Shown one piece after another: positions 16,997 to 26,731 of a DNA stretch of 64,000 nt (positions are counted from its first letter, which is position 1; each line of letters begins with the position of its first letter). The stretch spans positions 37,674 through 101,673 of the forward strand of contig JAKQSI010000090.1 of assembly GCA_029570205.1 (NCBI GenBank), read 5' to 3'. Under the pieces are notes generated by a model. It was not told where the DNA came from and searched no databases. It was given only the letters and a program-made list of their open reading frames with translations. Made by a program: the position numbers and the translations under genes. The stretch comes from Candidatus Omnitrophota bacterium. GTDB taxonomy: Bacteria; Hinthialibacterota; Hinthialibacteria; Hinthialibacterales; JAKPRU01.

Positions 16997-19900
16997 TTAC
17001 AACTTCTGGAAAGTAATTCTGGCCTTTCCTTGTGTCTGTTTCTCGCCAAAGATCTCCACCTTGTAGACACCCGTCGCCGGAATCTGGAAGAGCCTGATCT
17101 GGGCATCATCCTCCGGCGCCGTGAAGGCATTCAGGCTTGTCGCGAGAAGCGTACCATCCGGGCCGTACAGGCGAACAGCAGGATCAAGCGATCCCTTGAA
17201 GTCGTCCACACCGATTGTGACCAACTGGCCTGCAGTACCCGCGAAGGTAAACCACTCGGACTCACCCGCATACACCCAAGTCTCATTGCCGCTTCCGGCT
17301 TTCAGAGTGGGCGGAACATACGCACCGGCGCGGTACTCAAGACGGTATGGACCTGCCGTCATATCCGGGCCGCCACTGACCTCGATCGTTCCGGCTGTCA
17401 GGGTCGTGGTAATGCAGGCATCATCATTCAGACCCCTGTTGTTGTCGGTGGCTACCTGCTCCCCGGCGCCGTTCAGCAGCCTCAGGAACGGATCAAGCGT
17501 ACCGCCGGCATTGAACAACGGATCGAAATCATCCAGGTAGAAGGTGATCTCACCTCCACCGGAATTGGTGAACACGTAGCGATCGACCTGTCCGGCCAGT
17601 GTGATACTGCCTGAGATCATCTCACCCGAAGCGATCAGGCGCTCGTTGATGACATTAGAGGCAAGCATCAACACATACTGTCCCACGCCTGCCGTCCCAG
17701 GTGCGGCGCTTACGCCGATGGTGTAAATACCGGCGATGGTGGCCGGGCCGACAATAATCAGGCAATCATCATCCGGTCCGCTGTCATTGTCCATCACGGA
17801 GGTAAATCCATCCGGACCCTGCAATGTCAGGAACGGATCGAGTGCGCTTCCCGAATCGGTCAACGCCACCTTGATGAAGTCGCCAACCTGGGCATAGAAA
17901 GTATAGAGGTGGATCTCGGTCAGGTTTGCAATCTGACCTTCTACCCGTTGCCCAAACGAGATCATTGTAATCGGTTCGCCAACCACCTCGGGAACAGCCG
18001 AGACCGAGAAGCGACCGAAGGTTCCACTCTGGCCGCGAACGACCAGACGATACTTTCCGGCTGGAGCATTCTCCAGAGCGATCATGGCATCATCACCCTC
18101 GCCGCCATCGTCATCGGAGACCTGGCGACCATCCGGCAGAGTCAATGTTCCAGCCGGATCCAACTCGCCACCGAAGTCACCGATAGTCACTGTCAACGGG
18201 CCACCATTCGTATAGGTGAAGTCGATATTGACCGTATAACCCGCTGCCCAAATCAAGCCTTCCGTGGAGAACGGAACGAACAGCGCGATACCGGGCGTCG
18301 GTGTCGCTGTCGGCGGCAGGGTCGGTGTCGGAACAAGCGTTGGAGTCGGAACCAGCGTCGGCGTTGACGTTGGAATGGCTGTCGGCGTTTCAACCGGGGT
18401 TGCCGTGGCCGTCTCCACCGGGGTCGCCGTGGGGGTTTCCATCGGTGTCGCGGTCGGTGATTCCGTGGGTCGCGGCGTTACCGTGGGGGTATGGGTCGGA
18501 ACCGGTGTGGCCGTCGCAGTTTCCACCGGTGTAGCAGTCGGACTCTCCACTGGGGTTGCGGTCGGAGATTCCACCGGGGTTGCCGTTGGGGTTTCCATCG
18601 GCGTCGCGGTCGGCGATTCCGTGGGTCGCGGTGTCATCGTGGGGGTATTGGTCGCAACCGGCGTGGCCGTCGCAGTTTCCACCGGTGTAGCAGTCGGACT
18701 CTCCACTGGGGTTGCTGTCGGAGATTCCACCGGGGTTGCCGTTGGGGTTTCCATCGGCGTCGCGGTCGGCGATTCTGTGGGTCGCGGTGTCATCGTGGGG
18801 GTATCGGTCGCAACCGGTGTGGCAGTCGGACTCTCTACCGGGGTTGCCGTCGGCGATTCAATTGGCGTCGCGGTCGGGCTTTCCGGGGTTGCGGTCGGAG
18901 ATTCCATTGGCGTCGCGGTCGGCGATTCTGTGGGTCGCGGCGTCATTGTGGGGGTATCGGTCGGCGCAGCTGTTGGAGTCTCTACGGGAGTGGCTGTCGG
19001 CGTTTCGGGTCCCGCAGAAACCACTGTGATTTGACCACCTGGAGCCACCAATCCTGCAGGTTGTGTAACAACAAAACTGAGAGAAGTTGCACCGGCGGGC
19101 GCCGTCTGATTGATTGCCAGGGTCAGTGTGACGACGGTTCCCGGTCCGGCAGGCATCGAGGCAATAAGTCCGGTTCCCATAATGCGAAATACACCATTGG
19201 AAACGACTTCCGCTTTTTTCACTTCGAGGGGGGACAGTGATGGGCCGATTGTGGAACTGACCACAGAAAGAACAGCGGGATCGAAGTTCATATCGACCTG
19301 GAATCCGCGAATCCCCGAACCGTCACTAATATCGATCGTAATTGTGACCTGCTCGCCGGGAGCGCCTTCCAGGTCTCCGTTAATCGTCAATGTGGGGCTT
19401 TGAGCCGGCCGGAAAAAGTCGAAGAATCCACCTCGATCGGCGGACGCAATCAGGGTTCCTTTGGCTGCCCCTTTGCCGACACCACCCTCAAAAATGTAAT
19501 CGAACAAGAACACGACATCGTTCACATCGGTCGTGCCGCTGGCATCAAAATCCCATACCGCTGGAGAGTGTCCGGCAAAAATGTTGTCAAACAGCGCAAT
19601 AACGTCATTCACGTCAACCTGTCCGCTGTCGTCAACATCATAATCCAGCGCGACTTCGCCACGGACCGTGGCGCTGACCCCACTTCCCATGGTCACGCCA
19701 AGATTGTTGTTCTCAAAATCAAAGGCAATTCGTCGCGGGGTCAGGGTGACCGTCTCGCCGCCAGTACCCGCGATGACATTCAGGGTCCCCAGCGAGATTT
19801 GACTGGAGGCATCCACGCCTGAAATGTTCCCCATGAGGGCTACACTGATTCGTAACCCATTGTCCGGCAAGAACATAACGTTCGTGAACGGCGTCCCGCC

Positions 19901-20164
19901 AACAGACGCATCGGTTAATGTCTGGCTCGGCACAAAAGCGTCCTGTTCCGGGATAGACAGGGTTCCCGTAACAGTAAGGTCCAGTTCAAAAACCGCGACA
20001 CCGGTCGGCCCGGTCAAAGACACGGTCACTGGAAGCGTTTCCCCTGCTCCTAACTCCGTCACGGTGGAGCTCAACGAAACCTGTGCCCCGGCCAAACCGG
20101 GCAAAACCACCATTGGACAAAGAGCGACGATGAAAAATGTGGATATTCTCGAGACCTTACGCAT
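16997..20164 (-). CDS. Large secreted protein: signal peptide, dockerin-type Ca-binding repeat pair, Pro/Thr-rich tandem-repeat linker, and four C-terminal PPC (pre-peptidase C-terminal) domains
   Basis: The ORF-track frame begins with TTG at 20239; the first ATG (20164) gives MRKVSRISTFFIVALCPMVVLPGLAGAQ. Dockerin-like DDSGQVDVNDVIALFD and DASGTTDVNDVVFLFD. Four 52-aa TPTATP repeats. Four units of the form GDFGG.LDP...L.GPDG...DD.G.DDA.I......G.Y.L.V. Confidence 0.75.
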   Translation of the reverse strand: MRKVSRISTFFIVALCPMVVLPGLAGAQVSLSSTVTELGAGETLPVTVSLTGPTGVAVFELDLTVTGTLSIPEQDAFVPSQTLTDASVGGTPFTNVMFLPDNGLRISVALMGNISGVDASSQISLGTLNVIAGTGGETVTLTPRRIAFDFENNNLGVTMGSGVSATVRGEVALDYDVDDSGQVDVNDVIALFDNIFAGHSPAVWDFDASGTTDVNDVVFLFDYIFEGGVGKGAAKGTLIASADRGGFFDFFRPAQSPTLTINGDLEGAPGEQVTITIDISDGSGIRGFQVDMNFDPAVLSVVSSTIGPSLSPLEVKKAEVVSNGVFRIMGTGLIASMPAGPGTVVTLTLAINQTAPAGATSLSFVVTQPAGLVAPGGQITVVSAGPETPTATPVETPTAAPTDTPTMTPRPTESPTATPMESPTATPESPTATPIESPTATPVESPTATPVATDTPTMTPRPTESPTATPMETPTATPVESPTATPVESPTATPVETATATPVATNTPTMTPRPTESPTATPMETPTATPVESPTATPVESPTATPVETATATPVPTHTPTVTPRPTESPTATPMETPTATPVETATATPVETPTAIPTSTPTLVPTPTLVPTPTLPPTATPTPGIALFVPFSTEGLIWAAGYTVNIDFTYTNGGPLTVTIGDFGGELDPAGTLTLPDGRQVSDDDGGEGDDAMIALENAPAGKYRLVVRGQSGTFGRFSVSAVPEVVGEPITMISFGQRVEGQIANLTEIHLYTFYAQVGDFIKVALTDSGSALDPFLTLQGPDGFTSVMDNDSGPDDDCLIIVGPATIAGIYTIGVSAAPGTAGVGQYVLMLASNVINERLIASGEMISGSITLAGQVDRYVFTNSGGGEITFYLDDFDPLFNAGGTLDPFLRLLNGAGEQVATDNNRGLNDDACITTTLTAGTIEVSGGPDMTAGPYRLEYRAGAYVPPTLKAGSGNETWVYAGESEWFTFAGTAGQLVTIGVDDFKGSLDPAVRLYGPDGTLLATSLNAFTAPEDDAQIRLFQIPATGVYKVEIFGEKQTQGKARITFQKL
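18380..19010. repeat. About four tandem copies of a ~156-bp unit inside the CDS, encoding 52-aa Pro/Thr-rich linker repeats
   Basis: The strings gattccgtgggtcgcgg / gattctgtgggtcgcgg recur at ~18461, ~18616, ~18772 and ~18923, 151-156 bp apart. The protein shows TDTPTMTPRPTESPTATPMETPTATPVESPTATPVESPTATPVETATATPVA four times. Confidence 0.8.
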
Positions 20165-20433
20165 CGGATCCTCCAGTCTGATCAATATAGTACCCGACTC
20201 AACAGTCGTATTCCTACACCTATAAACACAAAACGTCAACGGATTATATCAGAGAAACACACCAAAGATCAACCAAAGAACCAAGTTTTTTTGATTTTTT
20301 CCATCCCAGAACACACATCGATGGAATACAATTCTTTCATTCGAGAGAAAGTGTGGCGTTTTCACCACGCTCTGCGCAAAAAAGAGCGGGCCGGATGTAA
20401 CCGGCCCGCTCGAAGTTCACACCAATTCGAAAA

Positions 20434-21825
20434 TCACATCTTGACGAAGCCGATGACCGCGGGTCCAAAAGTGGGTGTGCGTGTCTTTCCGGCATCCTCG
20501 CCAAAAACATGAAGAGCGTACATTCCGGTCGCGGGAAGCGGGAACAGTGAAATTTCCGCATCATCGTCATTTTTAAATCCGTTCAGGCATTCCACTACCA
20601 GGCTGCGATCGGGACCATACAGCCGAAAGGCCGGGTCCAACGCCCCGCAAAGGTCACTGACTGTAATGCTGATCATCTGCCCCGCCGTTCCCGTGAAAAC
20701 AAAGACTTCCGGTTGCCCCGCAAAAACATAAGTGCGGGTTGTTCCGATCTTGATCTCCGGCGCGGTATATGACCCGACTTGATAAGTCAAAGAATACGAT
20801 CCGATGGTTTTCCAGGGGCCACCGCTGACAACAATTGTGCCCGCCACGGCTTCCGTGCTGATAAAGGCATCATCATTCGGTCCACTGTTGTCATCGGTGA
20901 CATCCATCTGGTCGGGAACCTGGAGAGTCAGAAGCGGGTCCAGGCTGCCACCGAGATCGTCCAGCAAGAACGTGACCTCCCCACCTGTGGGATTCATAAA
21001 TGTGTAAGAGTCCGTCTGACCGGTGACTCGAATGTTTCCTTTGACCGTCTGGCCGGGCGCAATGGTGCGGGAAACCTGCCGATTGGAGGCCAGTACAAGT
21101 AGATATTGCCCGGCTCCCATGGTTTTGGGAGCGGCGCTGACCAAAATGGTATAAAGCCCACCGACTGTTGCCGGCCCCACCGTAATCAGTGCATCATCTT
21201 CCGGCCCACTATCGTTGTCGGTCATGGATACGAATCCCTCCGGCCCAAGGAGGGTCAGGTATGGGTCCAGAGCGCTGGCCTGATATCCCGTGTAATCCGA
21301 TAGGAACACTTCGATGTAATCCCCGACATTCGCGTAGAAATTGTATACGTGGGTTTCGGCACAGTTTCTCAGGCGGCCTTCTACTCGCTGGCCGAAGCCG
21401 ATTACGGAAGCAGTCCCCGGCTGATCTGTCGCGACAGGCACGGCGTTGACCGAAAACCTTCCGGTTGTGCCCGGTTGCGCACGGACGATCAGTCGATACT
21501 GTCCCATTGGGGCAGGAGAAGCCATGGTAAAATACACCACAGCATCATCACCAGGCCCGCCATCATCATCCCTGTATTCCCGTCCGTCCGGCGTGATAAG
21601 GGTCATGGCCGGGTCCAACGCTCCGCCGAAATCACCCACAGAGACAGTTAACGGACCACTTGTACTGTAAACAAAATCAAAGATTCTTGTTCCGCTCGGA
21701 CTGCCGATATTCCCTTCCGTGGAAAACGGAACAGTCGGCAACTGCGCATTCGCTTGCCCAATAAACACCGTCAGCAAAAGAAACACTACTGATACCGAGA
21801 TTCTTTGGCAGGACCTTTGTGACAT
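20434..21825 (-). CDS. Secreted protein with four PPC (pre-peptidase C-terminal) domains; shorter paralog of the 16997..20164 gene
   Basis: Signal peptide MSQRSCQRISVSVVFLLLTVFIGQANA (ATG at 21825; the ORF-track start is 21885). Four PPC-like units matching the C-terminal half of the neighbouring protein (TVSVGDFGGALDPAMTLITPDGREYRDDDGGPGDDA...). Confidence 0.75.
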   Translation of the reverse strand: MSQRSCQRISVSVVFLLLTVFIGQANAQLPTVPFSTEGNIGSPSGTRIFDFVYSTSGPLTVSVGDFGGALDPAMTLITPDGREYRDDDGGPGDDAVVYFTMASPAPMGQYRLIVRAQPGTTGRFSVNAVPVATDQPGTASVIGFGQRVEGRLRNCAETHVYNFYANVGDYIEVFLSDYTGYQASALDPYLTLLGPEGFVSMTDNDSGPEDDALITVGPATVGGLYTILVSAAPKTMGAGQYLLVLASNRQVSRTIAPGQTVKGNIRVTGQTDSYTFMNPTGGEVTFLLDDLGGSLDPLLTLQVPDQMDVTDDNSGPNDDAFISTEAVAGTIVVSGGPWKTIGSYSLTYQVGSYTAPEIKIGTTRTYVFAGQPEVFVFTGTAGQMISITVSDLCGALDPAFRLYGPDRSLVVECLNGFKNDDDAEISLFPLPATGMYALHVFGEDAGKTRTPTFGPAVIGFVKM

Positions 21826-22049
21826 GTACTTGACCCCCTGTCGAATGGGATTGTATTGACTGTTCGTGTGTGCCTTCGAGGGCACACATACGCCGAGAAT
21901 ATATCACACATCAAGGCTGAAAATCTACCGTATCATAAGATTTTTGCTAACTTATTGGTTATACATTTTTTGGAACATGGCAGACGTGGCTTGCAGGAAC
22001 ACGGATCATTCTGAGAAAATTGGTCTATCTGCCTGGAAAACAATAACTT

Positions 22050-23207
22050 ATGAACATTCTGGTTGTCCAGAGATTCGATTTGTCATCCGTCTCCTGTGCC
22101 AGGCGCGTTCTTTCACAGGCAAGAGAATTGGCCTCTAGGGGGCATTCGGTCGCTGTCGTGGATTTCCCGAATCCTGAAAGGCACGGATTTGCCGGTTCGC
22201 GGGTATCTCATACTCACGACAGTATTCAAGTGATTTCCCTGAGTCGAAAAGCGATTGACATTCCCGGAAATTGTCGGCGATTGGCGAATCTCGACCCAAA
22301 ACCGGATATTGTGCATTTATGGAAGTCCTATCCCGACGCCGCGTTGCCGGCGATCTGCGCCGCGGACCGGTTTGATGTGCCGCTACACTATGATTGGGAT
22401 GACTGGGAACCGTCCATTGCGCGGGAACTTACCGGTTCCGTGCCGGCAGCCCATATCACGGGCTGTTGGGATCGTGCGTTATGCCGGATCTGCGACACAT
22501 GCACCGTGGCGAGCAGCGAGCTGAGAAAAACCGCAATCCGTTGGGGCATGGACCCTGAACGACTTTTCGATGCGCCAGTGGGGGCGGACCTTGAACTGTT
22601 TCATCCCCGCCTGCCCGATCCTGAAATCATTGAAAAAATCGGCGGCAAAGAGCGCCCTGTGCTGGTTTATGCGGGACAGCTGGAAGTCACATTTTATGCC
22701 AACCAGGCAGTGGATACCTTAAAAATGCTTCATCAACGGGGTATCCAGGCTCGTCTCTTGATCGTCGGAGGAGGATCTCATGAAAAAGATCTCCAACGTC
22801 ACGCCGAGGAACAAGGCATTTTAAGCTCCTTATATTGCACGGGTTACATATCCGGTGATGAAGTGCCTCGATGGTTGTCTGTGGCGGATGTGGCGCTGGC
22901 TCCCTTTGAGGACACACTTGCGGCGCGATGCAAAAGCCCGCTCAAAATCGCAGAATATCTTGCCATGGGATTGCCGATTGTTGCCTCGGATGTGGGAGAT
23001 GTATTGAATATGATTCAGCACGCCGGATTCGTCGTCCCTGCAGAAAACCCTGAAATGATGGCGATCTGTACGGCAAAAATCCTGGGCGACACCGATTTAC
23101 ATCGCAGCATGGGCATTGCCGCTCGAAAACGAGCGGAAGAACAGTATAATTGGAAGCGGCACACCGACCAGCTGGAGGCGGCCTACCGAAAGGCCATCCG
23201 CACATGA
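22050..23207 (+). CDS. Glycosyltransferase family 4 (GT-B fold)
   Basis: 385 aa. C-terminal GT4 block SVADVALAPFEDTLAARCKSPLKIAEYLAMGLPIVASDVGD (E-x7-E region). Confidence 0.8.
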   Translation: MNILVVQRFDLSSVSCARRVLSQARELASRGHSVAVVDFPNPERHGFAGSRVSHTHDSIQVISLSRKAIDIPGNCRRLANLDPKPDIVHLWKSYPDAALPAICAADRFDVPLHYDWDDWEPSIARELTGSVPAAHITGCWDRALCRICDTCTVASSELRKTAIRWGMDPERLFDAPVGADLELFHPRLPDPEIIEKIGGKERPVLVYAGQLEVTFYANQAVDTLKMLHQRGIQARLLIVGGGSHEKDLQRHAEEQGILSSLYCTGYISGDEVPRWLSVADVALAPFEDTLAARCKSPLKIAEYLAMGLPIVASDVGDVLNMIQHAGFVVPAENPEMMAICTAKILGDTDLHRSMGIAARKRAEEQYNWKRHTDQLEAAYRKAIRT

Positions 23208-23474
23208 TTTCTGTTTTGATTTCGTCAAGATTCCCCTTTTTATGATCGGCCGAATCAGGGTATCATGGACCTTTTGCGGATGATTCGCGAATCGCGAATC
23301 AGGGGAAATAAGACCCGTGGGACAAATGCGTCGAATAGGGGAAAGTGAGATTTTTGCACAGGCGAGGGATGATGAAATGTAAGTCTAGTAAATTCAACCC
23401 TCTGTGTGTCTCCCCTGATTTTTGGGGGAGAGGATTTGAGGTTCATTCGCAGTTATATTCAAATTAAGGAGCTT

Positions 23475-25166
23475 ATGGTGGAAAGCGATCGCCCGTTGAT
23501 TGTCCAAAGCGACAAGACCCTGTTTCTTGAGGTCGAATCGCCGTATTTCGCGGAGGTACGCGACCATTTAGGGGCATTCGCGGAACTGATCAAATGTCCG
23601 GAGCATATTCACACCTACCGGATCTCCCCCCTCTCCTTGTGGAATGCCTCCAGCGCGGGAATGACCTCGGATGAGGTCATCGAAATACTGCGCCGATATT
23701 CGCGATACGCCGTTCCTCCGAATGTGGAAATCGACATCGCGGAGTCCATGAAACGGTATGGTCGCCTTGTATTGGAAAAGGACGATACGGGACTTTTGCT
23801 TCGCTCGGACGATCCTCTGTTACTCGACAGCCTCAGTCGCCAGAAGACAGTCGGTCCGTACATGATGGAGCGGTTGGATCCCTATACTTTCCGTGTGGGG
23901 GGAGAATACCGGGGCAACCTCAAACAGAATCTGATCAAACTGGGTTATCCGGTAAAAGACCTTGCGGGATATGTGCCCGGCGCTCCGCTGAGCATCCGGT
24001 TAAGAGAGACAACCCTGGCAGGGAAACCGTTTCACCTTCGAGACTATCAGAAGGACGCTATCGCCGCGTTCTATCGGGGCGGGAGCCGGGAGGGAGGAAG
24101 CGGTGTGGTAGTCCTTCCGTGCGGAGCGGGAAAAACCGTGGTCGGGCTTGGTGTTATTGCGGCTATGCAAACACATACCCTGATCCTGGTTACCAATGTC
24201 GTTGCGCTCCGCCAATGGAAACGTGAACTTGTAGATAAGACTTTAATCGATCCCGATCTCGTTTGCGAATACAGCGGTGAGGCGAAGGATATCGGCCCGA
24301 TCACGGTGGCAACCTACCAGATTCTGACCTATCGCAAAAAGAAGTCGGAGGGGTTCCCGCATTTAGGATTGTTTGCTGTTCGAGATTGGGGATTGATTAT
24401 TTATGATGAAGTTCATCTGCTTCCCGCGCCGGTGTTTCGAATTACCGCCGAGATCCAGGCTCGGCGGCGCCTGGGTTTGACCGCCACGCTGGTTCGTGAG
24501 GATCGAATGGAAGAGGATGTGTTCAGCCTGATCGGGCCGAAATGTTTTGATGTACCCTGGAAAGTGCTGGAGGAACAGGGGTGGATTGCCACGGCGGAGT
24601 GCCACGAGGTTCGGATTCCGTTCCCCATCGAAGAACGTCGGAGATACGTGCTGGAACCGCCGCGTGTCCAGTTTCGCATTGCATCGGAAAATCCGTTGAA
24701 AATGCCGGTTGTTCAGGAGATTCTTCGGCGATACCAAGGTTCGCGTACCCTTGTGATTGGACAATACCTTTCGCAGCTTCAGATCGTGGCGGATGAATTG
24801 AATTGTCCGTTAATCACAGGATCGACGCCGAATAAGGTTCGGGAAGACCTCTACGAGAAGTTCCGACAGGGGGAGATTCTGACCCTGGTGGTATCCAAGG
24901 TGGCCAATTTCGCGATTGACCTCCCGGAGGCGCATGTCGCCATTCAGATTTCGGGGACATTCGGCTCCCGCCAGGAAGAGGCTCAACGTCTGGGGCGGAT
25001 TCTCCGTCCGAAAAGCGACGGGGCGATCGCGCATTTTTATACGCTGGTGACACGGGACAGCAACGAGACGGAGTTCGCACAAAAACGGCAGCTGTTTCTT
25101 ACGGAACAAGGATATAAGTATCACCTGGAAAGCGCAGAAATTTACGTTCCCGAACTGGCAGCCTGA
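23475..25166 (+). CDS. XPB/Ssl2-type SF2 DNA helicase (bacterial ERCC3 homolog)
   Basis: N-terminal damage-recognition-like block ESDRPLIVQSDKTLFLEV. LRDYQKDAI motif I region, PCGAGKT, DEVH, the RED motif in LTATLVREDRMEED, and helicase C-terminal motifs (QRLGRILR). ATG at 23475 follows GGAG; the ORF-track start is 23406. Confidence 0.85.
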   Translation: MVESDRPLIVQSDKTLFLEVESPYFAEVRDHLGAFAELIKCPEHIHTYRISPLSLWNASSAGMTSDEVIEILRRYSRYAVPPNVEIDIAESMKRYGRLVLEKDDTGLLLRSDDPLLLDSLSRQKTVGPYMMERLDPYTFRVGGEYRGNLKQNLIKLGYPVKDLAGYVPGAPLSIRLRETTLAGKPFHLRDYQKDAIAAFYRGGSREGGSGVVVLPCGAGKTVVGLGVIAAMQTHTLILVTNVVALRQWKRELVDKTLIDPDLVCEYSGEAKDIGPITVATYQILTYRKKKSEGFPHLGLFAVRDWGLIIYDEVHLLPAPVFRITAEIQARRRLGLTATLVREDRMEEDVFSLIGPKCFDVPWKVLEEQGWIATAECHEVRIPFPIEERRRYVLEPPRVQFRIASENPLKMPVVQEILRRYQGSRTLVIGQYLSQLQIVADELNCPLITGSTPNKVREDLYEKFRQGEILTLVVSKVANFAIDLPEAHVAIQISGTFGSRQEEAQRLGRILRPKSDGAIAHFYTLVTRDSNETEFAQKRQLFLTEQGYKYHLESAEIYVPELAA

Positions 25167-25203
25167 GATTTGCCGTTTCATTTATATGAACTAAGAGAAA
25201 CCG

Positions 25204-26694
25204 ATGGGGGACTCGTATACGCTTCTGGACATATTGATCCGGCTGGGTCTTGAGGACCTTCAGGAACTGGCACGGCGATCCGGCTCGATTGCATCGCCCT
25301 CCCGGCGATCTCTTTCGGCGCAGGTCCTGGCTCAGTATCGAGACAGGAACTTTATCCGAAAAATAGTCCGGGCGCTCCCGAAAGAGGCCATGGGGCTGCT
25401 GGGTTTTCTGGTTCTATTGCAGGATCAATCCAGGCAAGGGCTTCAGGGAAGAACGCAATGGGAGGATTACCCGGAGCATACTCAACATCTCGATGCGCTG
25501 CTTCATGCAGGGCTTCTGTTCCGCTTCCCCGATGAGAACTCCGAGCCGATTATTCCCGAGGAAATCATCCCCGCGATTCGCGATACCCTTCTGGAACTCG
25601 AACAGAACGAACCGTCCGTGCAGGAAGAAAGGCTGTGGGGAGGGACCGAGCGGATACTTCTGATGCAGTTTCGGTTGCTGGCGGCCGTTCAAAAGGGGCG
25701 ATTTCGCCAGAATCCGGGGAATGGGCTTGGCAAAAGGGAGCTAGAGCAATGGTTGAGCGAATTGCCGAATGACGTATTTCCTCCCAATTCCGTTCCAAAC
25801 ATGATCGATCCCCAGGCAGTTGCCGATTCCCTGTTGGATGCGGGATTGCAGTCGGGACTGATTGATCGGTGGAAAGGGGAACTGCGAATCACCAACGAGA
25901 TCCTCGGTTGGCTGCGGGAGGATCGGGGGACATTGCGAAAAGGTCTGTGGACCAGATTTGTGCACTCTGTGGTGATCCGATATCCCGCCTGGTATGTCCC
26001 GCTGTTCTGCGCAGTATACGGGGGAGAGAACGGGCCGGTTCTATGGAAAATCTCACCCTCATCGGCAACGGGGCATCGGGGAACCCTGGCTGTCTGGCTG
26101 TCGTGGTTCGGCCTTGTCCGGATCTCCCGTCAGGCGGGAGGAATTGTCGCTGTTCGCACTTCTGCGCCCGCTTCCTGGGAAGCGGGTAAAAATGAGATCG
26201 CCGGACCGGGAACCGTTTTCGGAACACTTCAGCCCAACTTCGAGTTGATGGTTTCTCCCAATACTCCCCTGGATTTGCTCTGGGAGATCGAACGCTTTGC
26301 GGATCACGATCATACGGATGTTGTTTCGATTTACCGTCTGAATCGGGAATCCGTCATCCGAGGACTGAAAGACGGGCTATCCGGGGAGGAAATACGGCAA
26401 TGTATTGCGTATCTCACCGGGAATCGTATTCCGCAGAATGTGCAATTTTCATTGGGGGAGTGGTTTTATTCTTACGGACGGGTTGAGGTGGAGGAAGTTC
26501 TGCTGCTTCGGTGCAGAGATGCGGGGGTTGCAGAGGAGGTTCTGCACATCTCCGAATCGGAAGGATATATCCGGGAGCGCCTCGCTCCGACCCTCTTGGC
26601 AGCGGAGCCGAAAAAAATCGAGCAGTTGATTGAGATGCTCGAACGACTGGGGCTGACTCCGGTGGTGAGGTTGTCGAAGAGGGATGGTGCATAG
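25204..26694 (+). CDS. Hypothetical protein encoded 37 bp downstream of XPB (helicase-associated partner; possible Bax1-like role, unverified)
   Basis: 496 aa. No motif assignable by eye. Co-oriented and closely spaced with the helicase, so operonic by inference. Confidence 0.55.
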   Translation: MGDSYTLLDILIRLGLEDLQELARRSGSIASPSRRSLSAQVLAQYRDRNFIRKIVRALPKEAMGLLGFLVLLQDQSRQGLQGRTQWEDYPEHTQHLDALLHAGLLFRFPDENSEPIIPEEIIPAIRDTLLELEQNEPSVQEERLWGGTERILLMQFRLLAAVQKGRFRQNPGNGLGKRELEQWLSELPNDVFPPNSVPNMIDPQAVADSLLDAGLQSGLIDRWKGELRITNEILGWLREDRGTLRKGLWTRFVHSVVIRYPAWYVPLFCAVYGGENGPVLWKISPSSATGHRGTLAVWLSWFGLVRISRQAGGIVAVRTSAPASWEAGKNEIAGPGTVFGTLQPNFELMVSPNTPLDLLWEIERFADHDHTDVVSIYRLNRESVIRGLKDGLSGEEIRQCIAYLTGNRIPQNVQFSLGEWFYSYGRVEVEEVLLLRCRDAGVAEEVLHISESEGYIRERLAPTLLAAEPKKIEQLIEMLERLGLTPVVRLSKRDGA

Positions 26695-26731
26695 ATCTTG
26701 CGCCGGATTCCCGGGGGAAAGGACAAACGGA

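Noticed and set aside
18264-19034. 256-aa plus-strand ORF made of GVAVG repeats, plus other overlapping ORFs at 18301-19240
   Set aside because: These are antisense and frameshifted readings of the Pro/Thr tandem-repeat linker inside the 1080-aa minus-strand gene.
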